Assembly: GCA_043809645.1 (NCBI GenBank)
Contig: JBDROX010000036.1
Location: 1,713 to 65,712, forward strand
Source of the DNA: Candidatus Magasanikiibacteriota bacterium
Lineage (GTDB): Bacteria; Patescibacteriota; Patescibacteriia; Magasanikbacterales; UBA922
Reading direction: 5' to 3'
DNA: 64,000 nucleotides
Positions within the stretch are counted from its first letter, which is position 1, and the number at the start of each line of letters is the position of its first letter. This document shows positions 27,610 through 37,566 of the stretch, one piece after another. The notes beneath the pieces were generated by a model. That model did no database searches. It was not told the origin of the DNA and saw nothing but the letters and a program-made list of their open reading frames with translations. The translations under genes were made by a program, and so were the position numbers.

Positions 27610-29022
27610 CTAGAAAAATCTATCCCATATTGTAACAACGGAGAAGATTCCGAAGAAGATAAAGGAAAATATGATAATGATTCTACGCCAGATCTTTGGT
27701 TGAATTTCTTTTGGAAGCTCGCGGTAGTTTAGCCAATTGACAAGGCCAATGTGAACAAACATACACACAGCATTGATAACAGCACTAAGTATAAGGAGCG
27801 AAAGAGGTTCTGTGAAGCCGAGTGAGAAGACTAAAATACCAAATGCAATCTGTGCCCAGAGGAATGCAAAATAAATCTTCGAAAGATTTATCCTTCTCTC
27901 TTCATGTGATCGAATCGCAGCATAGTTCTCTGACATGATCCTACTTGTAGAATCCATAACTGAGAACTGTGTTGAGAAGAGCATAATTCCCATCAAAATA
28001 AGGAAGATTGATCCAAGTGCTGGAAATGTTTTACTTGCAATGATTCTTCCTTCATTGATAACAAAGTTTATACCTTCTGCATTCCCAGCCAATCCAAACG
28101 TTGTGGAGTAGGAGAGTAAGAGGAGAAAAGACATGGTGATGAGGCCTGTCAGAAAAAACACAAAAAAGTGTTCCTTGTTCACACTCTTCCACCATGATTC
28201 GAATCTACTCAAGTTTTCTTTTGTAGGATGAAACTCAAAACCATTGAGATCAATCTTCTGTTTTGTTCCACCAAAAAGGCCTTTTATTTTTTCTGTGAAA
28301 GCACCCATGCCGTATCCTTTTTCTCGAATATAACTTGATTGTGTAAGATTTAGATTTCCTCCAGCACCACTAAAGGCAAAGGCAGCCAGAAACACTGCTA
28401 TTGGAATTCCAGCTGGGAGGAACCAATATTCGCCTCCTTTTCCAATCAGACCTTGTCCGAGTGCTGCCCAGTCAGCTCCCTTTGCAAAGTATATAGTAAG
28501 AATAAAAACTGAAGGTATGCCGATCAATATAATCAACTTAGCAAATCGCTCGACAGTATTATAGATATATTTTCCAAAACTGAGGATGAGGCCGATCAAA
28601 AGTAAAAACACAATAGCGATGACAGTGCCTGTACCACCAAAGACTGAAGCAAAAAGTGCTCCAGACGAAGCAATAATACCTGGCCACCCAAACCCAATCA
28701 TTGTAGAGAAGATGAGCCAGAATGGGACCCATTTCCACCTCCTTGCAAGACCAATGAAAACACTCTCACCTCTGGCAAGTGAATATCGCTCTATCTCCAT
28801 ATTGATAAAGAACTGGAAAAAAATGCCAACAAGTGCTCCCCATGCAATGCCAAGTCCCCAGTTTGAGGAGAGATACGGCCAGAGAATAACTTCGCCAGAC
28901 CCGAGGCCAAGACCGAGCAGAATGAAGCTTGGGCCGAGGAGCTTGCGAAACGGAGGGGGCTTTGGAATTGATTTTGATTGTTTTTTGAGCATAAAAGCGG
29001 GATTATCTTGACTTTCTAACAA
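27610..29022 (-). CDS. NRAMP/MntH-like divalent metal transporter (distant)
   Basis: 470 aa, about 11 TM; GPSFILLGLGLGSGEVILWPYL...MEIERYSLARGESV parallels the NRAMP GPGFL...DPGN...LLW...LQELSARLG signature. Confidence 0.45.
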   Translation of the reverse strand: MLESQDNPAFMLKKQSKSIPKPPPFRKLLGPSFILLGLGLGSGEVILWPYLSSNWGLGIAWGALVGIFFQFFINMEIERYSLARGESVFIGLARRWKWVPFWLIFSTMIGFGWPGIIASSGALFASVFGGTGTVIAIVFLLLIGLILSFGKYIYNTVERFAKLIILIGIPSVFILTIYFAKGADWAALGQGLIGKGGEYWFLPAGIPIAVFLAAFAFSGAGGNLNLTQSSYIREKGYGMGAFTEKIKGLFGGTKQKIDLNGFEFHPTKENLSRFESWWKSVNKEHFFVFFLTGLITMSFLLLLSYSTTFGLAGNAEGINFVINEGRIIASKTFPALGSIFLILMGIMLFSTQFSVMDSTSRIMSENYAAIRSHEERRINLSKIYFAFLWAQIAFGILVFSLGFTEPLSLLILSAVINAVCMFVHIGLVNWLNYRELPKEIQPKIWRRIIIIFSFIFFGIFSVVTIWDRFF

Positions 29023-29059
29023 AAACAGTATATCATATTCATGTTCATTTCATTCATAT

Positions 29060-29136
29060 GGCCTGGTAGCTCAGCCTGGTAGAGCAGTTGCCTTTTAAGC
29101 AAACGGTCCTGGGTTCGAATCCCAGCCAGGTCACCA
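29060..29136 (+). tRNA. tRNA-Lys(TTT) with encoded CCA
   Basis: Hand-folded cloverleaf; anticodon loop CTTTTAA; T arm CTGGG-TTCGAAT-CCCAG; ends ACCA. Confidence 0.85.
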
Positions 29137-29330
29137 ATTTGATAAGAAAACAAAACCACCTATCTCCTATGTAGGGATTTCTATTCTAGAAATCTACGCG
29201 AGAATTGGGTGGTTTTGTTTTCTACCTTGGAAACCAGCGCTGATGGTGATAGTGGACCAACCAAACACACTGAGAAGAGTATGTAGAGTCAATTGCTGGT
29301 GTGCAATAAATGTGATAAAATAGAATAAAT

Positions 29331-32003
29331 TTGAGGCGTCTTATGAACTTCTACCAACAGACAATAGAAGCAGTTTTTGATCATTTTAAGGTTGATGAAA
29401 AACAAGGTTTGAGTGGTTTAAAAGTGAAGAAAGCGCTGAAGATACATGGCAAGAACGAGCTTCCAAGAGCACGAAAGAAAACAACAAACTTGAAAATCTT
29501 TTTGAATCAATGGAAAAGTCCATTGCTTTTTATTTTGTTGGTTGCTGGCTTCATTAGCGGGCTTCTAGGTGAGTACACTGACATGACAGTTATCCTGCTC
29601 ACTGCAGGGATCAATGCTGCCATTGGATACATTCAGGAGAATAAAGCAAATAGTGCACTAGAAAAACTTCAAGAAATGGTTGCATATCAGGCCACAGTGA
29701 TGAGAGATGGAAAAAAGCTTCAGATAGAAAGTAGTAATCTTGTGCCTGGTGATATTCTTTTCCTAGAGGCTGGAGATAAAATTCAGGCAGATGCAAGAAT
29801 CATCTCCACGGTTGATTTCGAAGTACACGAGGCAGCTCTCACAGGAGAGTCACAGGAAGTGAAGAAGAGCCGAGGCGTGATCAAAGATGAAATCGGCGTT
29901 GCTGATAGATACAACACTGTATTCCGAGGGACTACTGCAGTGAATGGACACGCTGTCGTTGTTGTCATTAATACTGGTGAGGAAACAGAGATAGGGAAGA
30001 TTGCCACAATGGTCAAAGATATTAAAGATGAGGAAACACCTCTTCAGAATCAGCTCAAAAAATTAAGTCAAAAGCTTGGTGCGATCGTCCTTGTCATATC
30101 TTTTCTCATTTTCTTGCTTGGAATTTTTGTCAGCAAGGATACAACAATATTTGAAATGTTTGAGACGGCAGTCGCTATTTCAGTTGCTGCCATTCCTGAA
30201 GGACTCATCATATCCCTGACAGTCATACTTGCAATTGGTATGCAGTTTATCCTGAAACGGAACGCACTTGTTCGACGACTTGTGTCTGCAGAGACACTAG
30301 GGAGTGTCAGTGTTATTTGTACAGACAAGACAGGAACTGTCACAGAAGGAAAAATGAGTGTCACAGAACTTGTTACGAAATCAGAACATCTGGATGTTGA
30401 TGAGCTGAGAGTACTGAATTCAAAAAAGGAGGATAGGCATGCTGAAGCATTATTGGCACTTCGCATTGGCACGCTCTGCAACAACGCAAGTCAGAACAGT
30501 GAGAATATATTTGTTGGTGATACTACAGAGACGGCTCTGGCAGAAATAGGATTCTCTGCTGGCATAAATAAAGTGGATTTGGAGAAAACAGTGAGGCGTA
30601 TTGACGAAATTCCTTTTAGTAGTAGAGAGAAGTACATGGTGACGCTTCATCATGCATCAGACGCTGCTTTCATATATGCGAAAGGTGCTCCAGAAGTCAT
30701 TCTTTCAAAGTGCAGTTACTTGAGTACAGCAGGAGGGAATATAAAACTTGAAAAAAAAGAAAAAGATTGGCTTGAGGATGAAATCAGAAAACTTACTGCA
30801 AAAGGATTGCGAGTACTTGCACTTGCGTACAAGGGTACAGATTTATCTTTGGTAGATCTGGGTTCAGAAGATGAAGAAAATCTAACTTTTGCAGGTATAG
30901 TTGGCCTTTCTGATCCAGTTCGTACAGATGTTAAACAAACAATTGAGGTTGCCCGGCAAGCGGGTATTCGAGTTATAATGGTAACAGGTGACCATGCAAT
31001 GACAGCGCGTGCGATTGCAAGCCAAATTGGACTGCCTTCAGATGATCAGAATGTTGTACGTGGTGATGAGCTGCAAAAGATGAGTGAGAAGAAACTCCTG
31101 CAAGTAGTAACACATGCAAGTGTCTTCGCACGCGTAGATCCAAGGGATAAAATTCGGATTGTGAATGCTCTAAAGAAGAATGGGGAGGTTGTTGCTATGA
31201 CAGGGGATGGCGTGAATGATGCTCCAGCGCTCAAAGGAGCAGACATTGGTGTTGCAGTCGGATCTGGCACTGATGTTGCAAAGGAAGTTGCTGAGCTTGT
31301 GATTCTTGATGATAAATTCCCAACTATTGTTGCAGCTGTAGAGGAGGGGAGAACAATTTATCAAAATATCAAGAAAGTTGTTCTCAAATTACTTTCTGAC
31401 AGTTTTACAGAAGTTATTCTTATCTCAGGCAGTCTCATTGCTGGACTTCCTCTTGCACTCCTTCCTGTTCAGATACTCTGGGTGAATCTCATTGAAGATT
31501 CTTTTCCAAATATGGCGCTTGCATTTGATAAGGGTGACAAGGAAAATATGAAAGATCCTCCACGCAAGAAAGGGGTCTCACTAATTGACAAGGAAATGAA
31601 GGTAATGATTGCTATTGTGACTATTGTTCACGATATTGGGCTCCTTACCGCCTATATCATTCTTTCTAAGATTGGTATGGATATTGCTCTTGTCCGTACT
31701 ATTATATTTGCAGCGCTCGCCACGGATTCACTGATTATTATTTATCCAATACGTAGCATGCGGCACATGCTCTGGCAGATCAATCCTTTTGATAACAGGT
31801 ATCTTACAATGAGTGTACTCCTTGGATTGGGATTGTTAATCCTTAGCATTTATGCACAACCTCTTCAATACTTACTTAAAACAATCCCACTGACGGCAGA
31901 GCATTGGCTCCTAGTGATACTTCTTGGTATAATCGACATTATACTTATCGAAGCCATTAAGGGAATTTTTCTTGTTAAAAATCATCATAAATTAAGTGAA
32001 TAA
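29331..32003 (+). CDS. P-type cation-transporting ATPase (P2-type, Ca2+/Mg2+-ATPase-like)
   Basis: 890 aa; ICTDKTGTVT phosphorylation site, TGES, MVTGD, GDGVNDAPAL, 10 TM. Confidence 0.9.
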   Translation: MRRLMNFYQQTIEAVFDHFKVDEKQGLSGLKVKKALKIHGKNELPRARKKTTNLKIFLNQWKSPLLFILLVAGFISGLLGEYTDMTVILLTAGINAAIGYIQENKANSALEKLQEMVAYQATVMRDGKKLQIESSNLVPGDILFLEAGDKIQADARIISTVDFEVHEAALTGESQEVKKSRGVIKDEIGVADRYNTVFRGTTAVNGHAVVVVINTGEETEIGKIATMVKDIKDEETPLQNQLKKLSQKLGAIVLVISFLIFLLGIFVSKDTTIFEMFETAVAISVAAIPEGLIISLTVILAIGMQFILKRNALVRRLVSAETLGSVSVICTDKTGTVTEGKMSVTELVTKSEHLDVDELRVLNSKKEDRHAEALLALRIGTLCNNASQNSENIFVGDTTETALAEIGFSAGINKVDLEKTVRRIDEIPFSSREKYMVTLHHASDAAFIYAKGAPEVILSKCSYLSTAGGNIKLEKKEKDWLEDEIRKLTAKGLRVLALAYKGTDLSLVDLGSEDEENLTFAGIVGLSDPVRTDVKQTIEVARQAGIRVIMVTGDHAMTARAIASQIGLPSDDQNVVRGDELQKMSEKKLLQVVTHASVFARVDPRDKIRIVNALKKNGEVVAMTGDGVNDAPALKGADIGVAVGSGTDVAKEVAELVILDDKFPTIVAAVEEGRTIYQNIKKVVLKLLSDSFTEVILISGSLIAGLPLALLPVQILWVNLIEDSFPNMALAFDKGDKENMKDPPRKKGVSLIDKEMKVMIAIVTIVHDIGLLTAYIILSKIGMDIALVRTIIFAALATDSLIIIYPIRSMRHMLWQINPFDNRYLTMSVLLGLGLLILSIYAQPLQYLLKTIPLTAEHWLLVILLGIIDIILIEAIKGIFLVKNHHKLSE

Positions 32004-32577
32004 TATGTTGAACAAACCCTATACAGCCAAACTTAGAAAACATATGCTTGGATTTGCGACGAAACGTCGTGATGTGATCAAAATGTCTGGTGATGCACTC
32101 CACCATGCCAAGAGGGCTATTTTTGCTATGCACAAGGATGATCTAAAGGAAGCAGAGGCCAAATTGAAACAGAGCGAGGCACTTTTCAGTGGGCTTCATA
32201 AGAAATTCTCAAAAGATTCAGAAATTACAAATGAAGGATCATACAAAGCAGGCCTAGAAGAGTACGTTGAAGCAAGTCTTTTCTACCAGTTCCTTACAAC
32301 TGGTAGAATGGGAGAGCTGAGGGGTCTAGATATAGTACCACATGTCTATATTGCAGGTATCTGTGATGTTCCTGGTGAACTCTTGCGCTATGCCACTAAA
32401 GCTGCTACAAATAAGGATGAAAAAACAGTAAAAAAATGCGCTGAGATGGCCAAGGAAATAGTAGGAGAACTTATTGAGTTCAACCTGACGAGTTACCTCA
32501 GAACCAAGTTTGATCAAGCAAAACGAGCTGTTCAAAAAATTGAATATATTCAGTACGAACTAAGTCTTCGGAAATAG
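31996..32577 (+). CDS. hypothetical helical protein
   Basis: 193 aa, overlaps the stop of the ATPase gene. Confidence 0.35.
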   Translation: MNNMLNKPYTAKLRKHMLGFATKRRDVIKMSGDALHHAKRAIFAMHKDDLKEAEAKLKQSEALFSGLHKKFSKDSEITNEGSYKAGLEEYVEASLFYQFLTTGRMGELRGLDIVPHVYIAGICDVPGELLRYATKAATNKDEKTVKKCAEMAKEIVGELIEFNLTSYLRTKFDQAKRAVQKIEYIQYELSLRK

Positions 32578-32604
32578 AATCTTAAAAGGAGTGAGTGCCT
32601 CAAT

Positions 32605-33957
32605 ATGATCAAGAAGTTTTTTAAAAAAATTCTTCCAAGACAAGTGTGGAATCTACGTCACCTTTTTTTTGCATGGTACGGTGCTTTTAAGTACAAGCAC
32701 CCCTCGGAAGAACTGGTGGTCATTGGAGTGACTGGTACGAGTGGAAAATCGACAACGACTCACTTTTTAAGACAGATTCTTGAAGAGGCTGGATACACTG
32801 TTGGCTCTCTATCAACAATTGATTTTTATATTGCTGGTGAGTCAACATTGAACGATAGAAAGATGACCATGCTCGGAAAGATGGAAATTCAAAAGTACCT
32901 TCGAAAGATGGTGGACGCTGGATGCAACATTGCAATCATAGAAACAACATCTGAAGGAAGGTTACAGCATCGTCACCGATTTATTAATTATGATCTTATT
33001 GGCCTTACGAATCTCTATCCAGAGCATATTGAATCACACGGAAGTTTTGAAAAATACAAACAAGCAAAGAAAGACATTTTTAACTATGTCTCATCGCGCA
33101 AACACAAGGTTGTGCATGGAAATGACGTTCCAAAAGCATGTGTTGTGAATGCTGCGAGTGAATATGCAGAAGAGTTTTTGGAAACCCACTTTGAAAAAAA
33201 GTGTCTTTTTGCGAGGAATGATGTTGAACTCTTTGCTGAAAAAAAAGATTTTGATAAGAGTCTTGAGTTTGTCATTGGAAGGAATATCGAAGTAAATAGA
33301 GATGGGCTCCACTTTGATACAGATCATACACATATTGATGCACAGCTCTATGGAGAGCATAATATAGAGAACCTCCTTGCAGCATTTACTATTGCCAGGT
33401 GTTTGAATATTGACTGGAAGAAAATTGCAAAGGCTGCCACAAAAGTACGAAATGTCCCTGGAAGAATCGAGTTTATTCATGAAGCAGAAGAAAAGGGATT
33501 TTCTGTCATTGTTGATTATGCTTTTGAACCAGGTGCTATGGAGGCGCTCTATAGTGTAACAAAATTTCTTGATTTCAAAAAAATTATACATGTATTCGGA
33601 TCTACAGGCGGTGGACGTGATAAAGCGAGGAGATTTTCCGTAGGCACATATGTTGGAGAGCAGGCGGATATCTGTATTATTACAGACGAGGATCCATATG
33701 ATGACGACCCAATGCAGATTATAGATGATGTTGCTTCTGCTGTAGAAAATACAGGAAAAAAACTGGATGAAAATCTTTTCAAGATACTATCTAGAAAAAA
33801 AGCAATTCAAAAAGCCATTGATATGGCAAACAGGGATGATCTCATACTCATTACAGGAAAGGGAAGCGAGCAGGCAATGGTGATAACAGGAGGAAAGCTC
33901 ATACCCTGGGATGATAGAGAAGAAGTTCGAAGTGCACTTTTGAGTAAGAATGATTAA
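32605..33957 (+). CDS. Mur ligase family protein, MurE-like, with unusually short N-terminal region
   Basis: VIGVTGTSGKSTT P-loop at residue 38; ETTSEGRLQHRHRF...LTNLYPEHIESHGSFEKYKQAK parallels the MurE EVSSHGL..HR...FTNLSRDHLDYHG...Y..AK block. Confidence 0.6.
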   Translation: MIKKFFKKILPRQVWNLRHLFFAWYGAFKYKHPSEELVVIGVTGTSGKSTTTHFLRQILEEAGYTVGSLSTIDFYIAGESTLNDRKMTMLGKMEIQKYLRKMVDAGCNIAIIETTSEGRLQHRHRFINYDLIGLTNLYPEHIESHGSFEKYKQAKKDIFNYVSSRKHKVVHGNDVPKACVVNAASEYAEEFLETHFEKKCLFARNDVELFAEKKDFDKSLEFVIGRNIEVNRDGLHFDTDHTHIDAQLYGEHNIENLLAAFTIARCLNIDWKKIAKAATKVRNVPGRIEFIHEAEEKGFSVIVDYAFEPGAMEALYSVTKFLDFKKIIHVFGSTGGGRDKARRFSVGTYVGEQADICIITDEDPYDDDPMQIIDDVASAVENTGKKLDENLFKILSRKKAIQKAIDMANRDDLILITGKGSEQAMVITGGKLIPWDDREEVRSALLSKND

Positions 33958-34378
33958 CACATGTATGGAAAGAAGGAGTAAGGAGAAAACGACAAGGAAA
34001 TTCTACAAAACAAAAGTTTTTCTTCTTGTGGTGTTTCTTGGTGCGATTTTTGTGGCAATTAGTTATATACGAGGTTACTATCAGGATTACAAAATAAAGC
34101 AAGAAATCAAGTATCTGAAAGAGGAAGTAAGGACACTGGAGAGTAAGAAAATTGAATCACTCGCAATTCTAGAATATGTCATGAGTGACACCTTCATAGA
34201 AGAGAAGGCGAGGACAGAATTGAACCTAAAGAAACCAGGAGAGCATGTCGCTTTCATATCTAGTGATGGAGACAATGTTTCGAGGGTTGATAGTAATTTC
34301 TACCAAGAGAAAAAAGAGGACTTGAATAATCCAACAAAATGGTGGTATTATTTCTTTGTTAATAAAGAAATAAATTAA
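33950..34378 (+). CDS. ftsB: septum formation initiator (FtsB/DivIC family)
   Basis: 142 aa, single N-terminal TM followed by coiled coil (IKYLKEEVRTLESKKIESL). Confidence 0.55.
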   Translation: MINTCMERRSKEKTTRKFYKTKVFLLVVFLGAIFVAISYIRGYYQDYKIKQEIKYLKEEVRTLESKKIESLAILEYVMSDTFIEEKARTELNLKKPGEHVAFISSDGDNVSRVDSNFYQEKKEDLNNPTKWWYYFFVNKEIN

Positions 34379-34402
34379 TATATTTCATAAATATTCGAAC
34401 CT

Positions 34403-35407
34403 ATGTCAAAAAATGAAGAAAAGAAGAAAAATAATGCCAAGGCACTTGGTCTTGGTTTTATCCTCATTATACTCCTGGCTATTGTCGGAGTGTATATGTT
34501 CTCCTATTCTGGAGTAAAGAAAGCTTCAAGATCAAATTTTGTAGTGAAGAGTGCAACAATATTTGGTATTCCTGCAGCAAAAATTAATGGACAGAAGATT
34601 ACATACAAGGATTATCTCCTCGATGTACAGAGTCTTGAGAGTTTTTATAGCATTAATCCAGAGCAATTCAGCGGTATTACTGATGAAGATCTCTCAAATC
34701 AGGCGCTTTCTAGACTGCTCGCAAACAAAATTATTGGTAGTTGGGCAAAAAAGCTTGATATCTCTGTTACAGATGAGGAGGTAAATAAGGCTGTAGAGGA
34801 AATAGTCGGCGAGTTTGGTTCTCGCGAAGCTACTGAGCAGGAAATTGTTACACAGTTTGGATGGACTCTCGACATGTATATTGAGAGAATACTCAGGCCA
34901 ATTTTACTAGAGCAGAAGATGGATGAGAAGTTTGCAGAGATTGAAAATTTTGAAGAAGGCAACAGCTTCCTCCAGCCAGAAGTGAAAGCAAGCCACATTC
35001 TCTTTCCAGCTGAGACAGAGGCAGGGGAAGATCTTGAAAGGATTCGAGTTGACGCAGAAAAAGTGTTGGAACGTGCTAAGAGTGGAGAAGACTTTGCGGC
35101 TCTTGCAAAAGAATTTGGATCTGACTCTACAAAGGATGTTGGTGGCGACCTCGGTTGGTTTGGATCAGGAATCATGGTTCCAGAGTTTGAGGAGGCAGCA
35201 TTTAATACAGAAGTTGGGGCTGTTGCAGCAGAGCTCGTGGAAACACAGTTCGGACTCCATATCATCAAGGTTGATGATAAGAGAGAGGCAAGAGATTTCT
35301 CTGCGTTCATGAATTCACAACTAAAAGATGCTGATATTAAGATGGTAGCAGATATACCAAACCCGTTTGAGGGACTTTTTGACGATGAAGAAGGTTCAGA
35401 AGAATAA
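34403..35407 (+). CDS. parvulin-type peptidyl-prolyl cis-trans isomerase (PrsA/SurA-like), membrane anchored
   Basis: C-terminal PpiC domain HILF...DLGWFGSGIMVPEFEEAAF...GLHIIKV. Confidence 0.75.
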   Translation: MSKNEEKKKNNAKALGLGFILIILLAIVGVYMFSYSGVKKASRSNFVVKSATIFGIPAAKINGQKITYKDYLLDVQSLESFYSINPEQFSGITDEDLSNQALSRLLANKIIGSWAKKLDISVTDEEVNKAVEEIVGEFGSREATEQEIVTQFGWTLDMYIERILRPILLEQKMDEKFAEIENFEEGNSFLQPEVKASHILFPAETEAGEDLERIRVDAEKVLERAKSGEDFAALAKEFGSDSTKDVGGDLGWFGSGIMVPEFEEAAFNTEVGAVAAELVETQFGLHIIKVDDKREARDFSAFMNSQLKDADIKMVADIPNPFEGLFDDEEGSEE

Positions 35408-35412
35408 ACAAA

Positions 35413-35440
35413 AAAACAACCCGTGAAAGCGGGTTGTTTT
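35413..35440 (+). terminator. rho-independent terminator
   Basis: aacaacccg-tgaaa-gcgggttgtt followed by tt. Confidence 0.55.
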
Positions 35441-35442
35441 AT

Positions 35443-35513
35443 GCGGGATTAGTACAATGGTAGTATATCTGCTTCCCAAGCAGGAGACGCGAGTTCGATT
35501 CTCGTATCCCGCT
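35443..35513 (+). tRNA. tRNA-Gly(CCC)
   Basis: Hand-folded: acceptor GCGGGAT/ATCCCGC, anticodon loop TTCCCAA, T arm GCGAG-TTCGATT-CTCGT. Confidence 0.8.
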
Positions 35514-35535
35514 CACGGTCAAAAAACCTTTGGGT

Positions 35536-35608
35536 GCCACCTTAGCTCAGTTGGTAGAGCAATTCCTTCGTAAGGAAGAGGTCCGGAGTTCGAATCTCCG
35601 AGGTGGCT
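35536..35608 (+). tRNA. tRNA-Thr(CGT)
   Basis: Hand-folded: acceptor GCCACCT/AGGTGGC, anticodon loop TTCGTAA, T arm CGGAG-TTCGAAT-CTCCG. Confidence 0.8.
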
Positions 35609-35612
35609 CAAA

Positions 35613-35650
35613 AAAACAGCCCACCAATAAGAGGTGAGCTGTTTTTAATT
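35613..35650 (+). terminator. rho-independent terminator after the tRNA pair
   Basis: acagcccacc-aataaga-ggtgagctgt followed by ttttt. Confidence 0.55.
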
Positions 35651-35715
35651 TAGAATAATGCAGTGACTCACTGGACATTTTGTAATTTTGTCAACAGTGT
35701 TAGCAGAAGGCTCTC

Positions 35716-35744
35716 TTCAAGCAGGTATTCTGATGTGCTATAAT
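35716..35744 (+). promoter_or_regulatory. candidate promoter for ftsEX (weak -35 TTCAAG, extended -10 TGcTATAAT)
   Basis: 17-nt spacing; -10 at 35739-35744 preceded by TG. Confidence 0.35.
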
Positions 35745-35755
35745 GTCCGTACATT

Positions 35756-36436
35756 ATGATCAGACTCAAGGGAGTAACAAAAAAATATAATCGGCACAGT
35801 ACTGGAGTCGAGAATATTGACCTGCATATAGAGCCAGGTGAGTTTGTGTCGATTGTTGGGCAAAGTGGCACTGGGAAAACAACCATAGTGAAGCTTATTA
35901 TTGCCGAAGAAAAACCATCTCATGGAAAGATTGAAATCGGAGGTTGGGACATATCTAGAATTAAAAATAGGGATATTCCTTTTCTCAGGCGACAGATAGG
36001 TGTTATTTTTCAGGATTTCAAACTATTGGAAAAAAAGACTGTAGAGGAGAACGTCTCTTTTGCTCTGCAGGTTGCTGGGGAGAAGAGTCACCGAATTAGA
36101 CATGTGGTGCCAAAACTCCTGGAAATTGTTGGGTTGAAGAACAAGCAAAGGAGCTATCCACATCAACTATCTGGTGGAGAGCAACAGCGTGTTGTAATTG
36201 CAAGATCACTGGTTCATAGACCGAAAATTCTTGTGGCAGATGAGCCCACAGGAAATCTGGATTCAATCAATACACACGAAATTATCCAGATTTTGAAAAA
36301 GATAAATGAGTTTGGAACTACTATTTTACTTGTTACCCATAATAGGGAAGTTGTGAATCATCTGAGGAAGAGGGTTATTACACTGGATGAAGGAAAAGTA
36401 ATTTCAGATGTAAAAAGAGGAAAATATAGACTCTAA
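35756..36436 (+). CDS. ftsE: cell division ATP-binding protein FtsE
   Basis: GQSGTGKTT Walker A, LSGGEQQRVVIARS ABC signature, Walker B ILVADEPTGNLD. Confidence 0.9.
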   Translation: MIRLKGVTKKYNRHSTGVENIDLHIEPGEFVSIVGQSGTGKTTIVKLIIAEEKPSHGKIEIGGWDISRIKNRDIPFLRRQIGVIFQDFKLLEKKTVEENVSFALQVAGEKSHRIRHVVPKLLEIVGLKNKQRSYPHQLSGGEQQRVVIARSLVHRPKILVADEPTGNLDSINTHEIIQILKKINEFGTTILLVTHNREVVNHLRKRVITLDEGKVISDVKRGKYRL

Positions 36437-36445
36437 AATACGTAT

Positions 36446-37354
36446 ATGGCATCAATTTTTAGAATTATAAAATTTGCTTTTCAGGACATTGTCAGAAATG
36501 CAAGTCTTTCTCTGATGACAATATTAATACTTGTATTGATGTTACTCTCTATTAACACTCTTTTTATTGTAGACGTGCTTACAAAACAAGCAACAGCCTC
36601 TATCAAAGAGCAAATTGATGTAAGTATCTACTTTGACCACGAGGCATCGGACGAGAATATTACTGAAATACGAGATTATGTTTCTGCTTTCCCAGAGGTT
36701 GTAGAAATGAATTTATATACGAAAGATCAGGTGTTGGAAAAATTTAAGGAAGAGCATGCACAGAGTCCAGAAATTTTAAAATCACTCGAAGAGCTGAAGG
36801 AAAATCCACTTGGGGCCACTATGGTAGTAAAAATGAAAAATCCAGGGGACTACAAGAAGATTATCGATGCACTGAGCGTACCAGAATATGAATATATAAT
36901 AGAAGCAAAAACATTTGGAGATACAGAACGTGCTATAAATAAAATTGACACCATTACTACACAAGTAGAAAGATTTAGTCTTGCACTGAGTGCATTCTTT
37001 GCAATTATTGCATTCCTGATCATCTTCAACACTATACGAGTATCTATATTCACACAGAGAATTGAAATAAGTATCAAGAAGCTTGTTGGTGCGACGAACT
37101 GGTTCATTAGAGGTCCTTATATCCTTGTTTCACTTATTTTCAGTATTATTAGTACTGCAATTGCCTACACACTAGTTGTCTTTGGTGCACAATTCCTGGA
37201 TCCATATATTGCTATCGTATTTCAGACTGACCCATTCTTGACAAATTACTTCAAAAGCAATATAATCATGCTGGCTGGTCTACAACTCATTTCAGTTTTT
37301 CTCCTAACACTTGTGTCCAGTATGCTCGCAATGAGGAGACATCTAAGAGTCTAG
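36446..37354 (+). CDS. ftsX: cell division permease FtsX
   Basis: 302 aa, N-terminal TM plus periplasmic domain plus three C-terminal TM helices, directly after ftsE. Confidence 0.85.
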   Translation: MASIFRIIKFAFQDIVRNASLSLMTILILVLMLLSINTLFIVDVLTKQATASIKEQIDVSIYFDHEASDENITEIRDYVSAFPEVVEMNLYTKDQVLEKFKEEHAQSPEILKSLEELKENPLGATMVVKMKNPGDYKKIIDALSVPEYEYIIEAKTFGDTERAINKIDTITTQVERFSLALSAFFAIIAFLIIFNTIRVSIFTQRIEISIKKLVGATNWFIRGPYILVSLIFSIISTAIAYTLVVFGAQFLDPYIAIVFQTDPFLTNYFKSNIIMLAGLQLISVFLLTLVSSMLAMRRHLRV

Positions 37355-37409
37355 AAACGTTTGAAAAGGCAAACTTCTGAGTTTTCTCAGTTGTTTTTTT
37401 GAAAAATAT

Positions 37410-37480
37410 TCCGGGGTCGTCTAATGGTAGGACTCCAGGTTTTGGTCCTGGCTATCGGGGTTCGAATCCCTGCCCCGGAG
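37410..37480 (+). tRNA. tRNA-Gln(TTG)
   Basis: Hand-folded: acceptor TCCGGGG/CCCCGGA, anticodon stem CCAGG/CCTGG with loop TTTTGGT, T loop TTCGAAT. Confidence 0.8.
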
Positions 37481-37566
37481 CTACGTAAAGTTCGCTACGT
37501 TCACAATGTGGCCAGCTCATATAAAAATGATCTTGCTGCGTGGTGACCGAAGGTCACTTTATGCGA

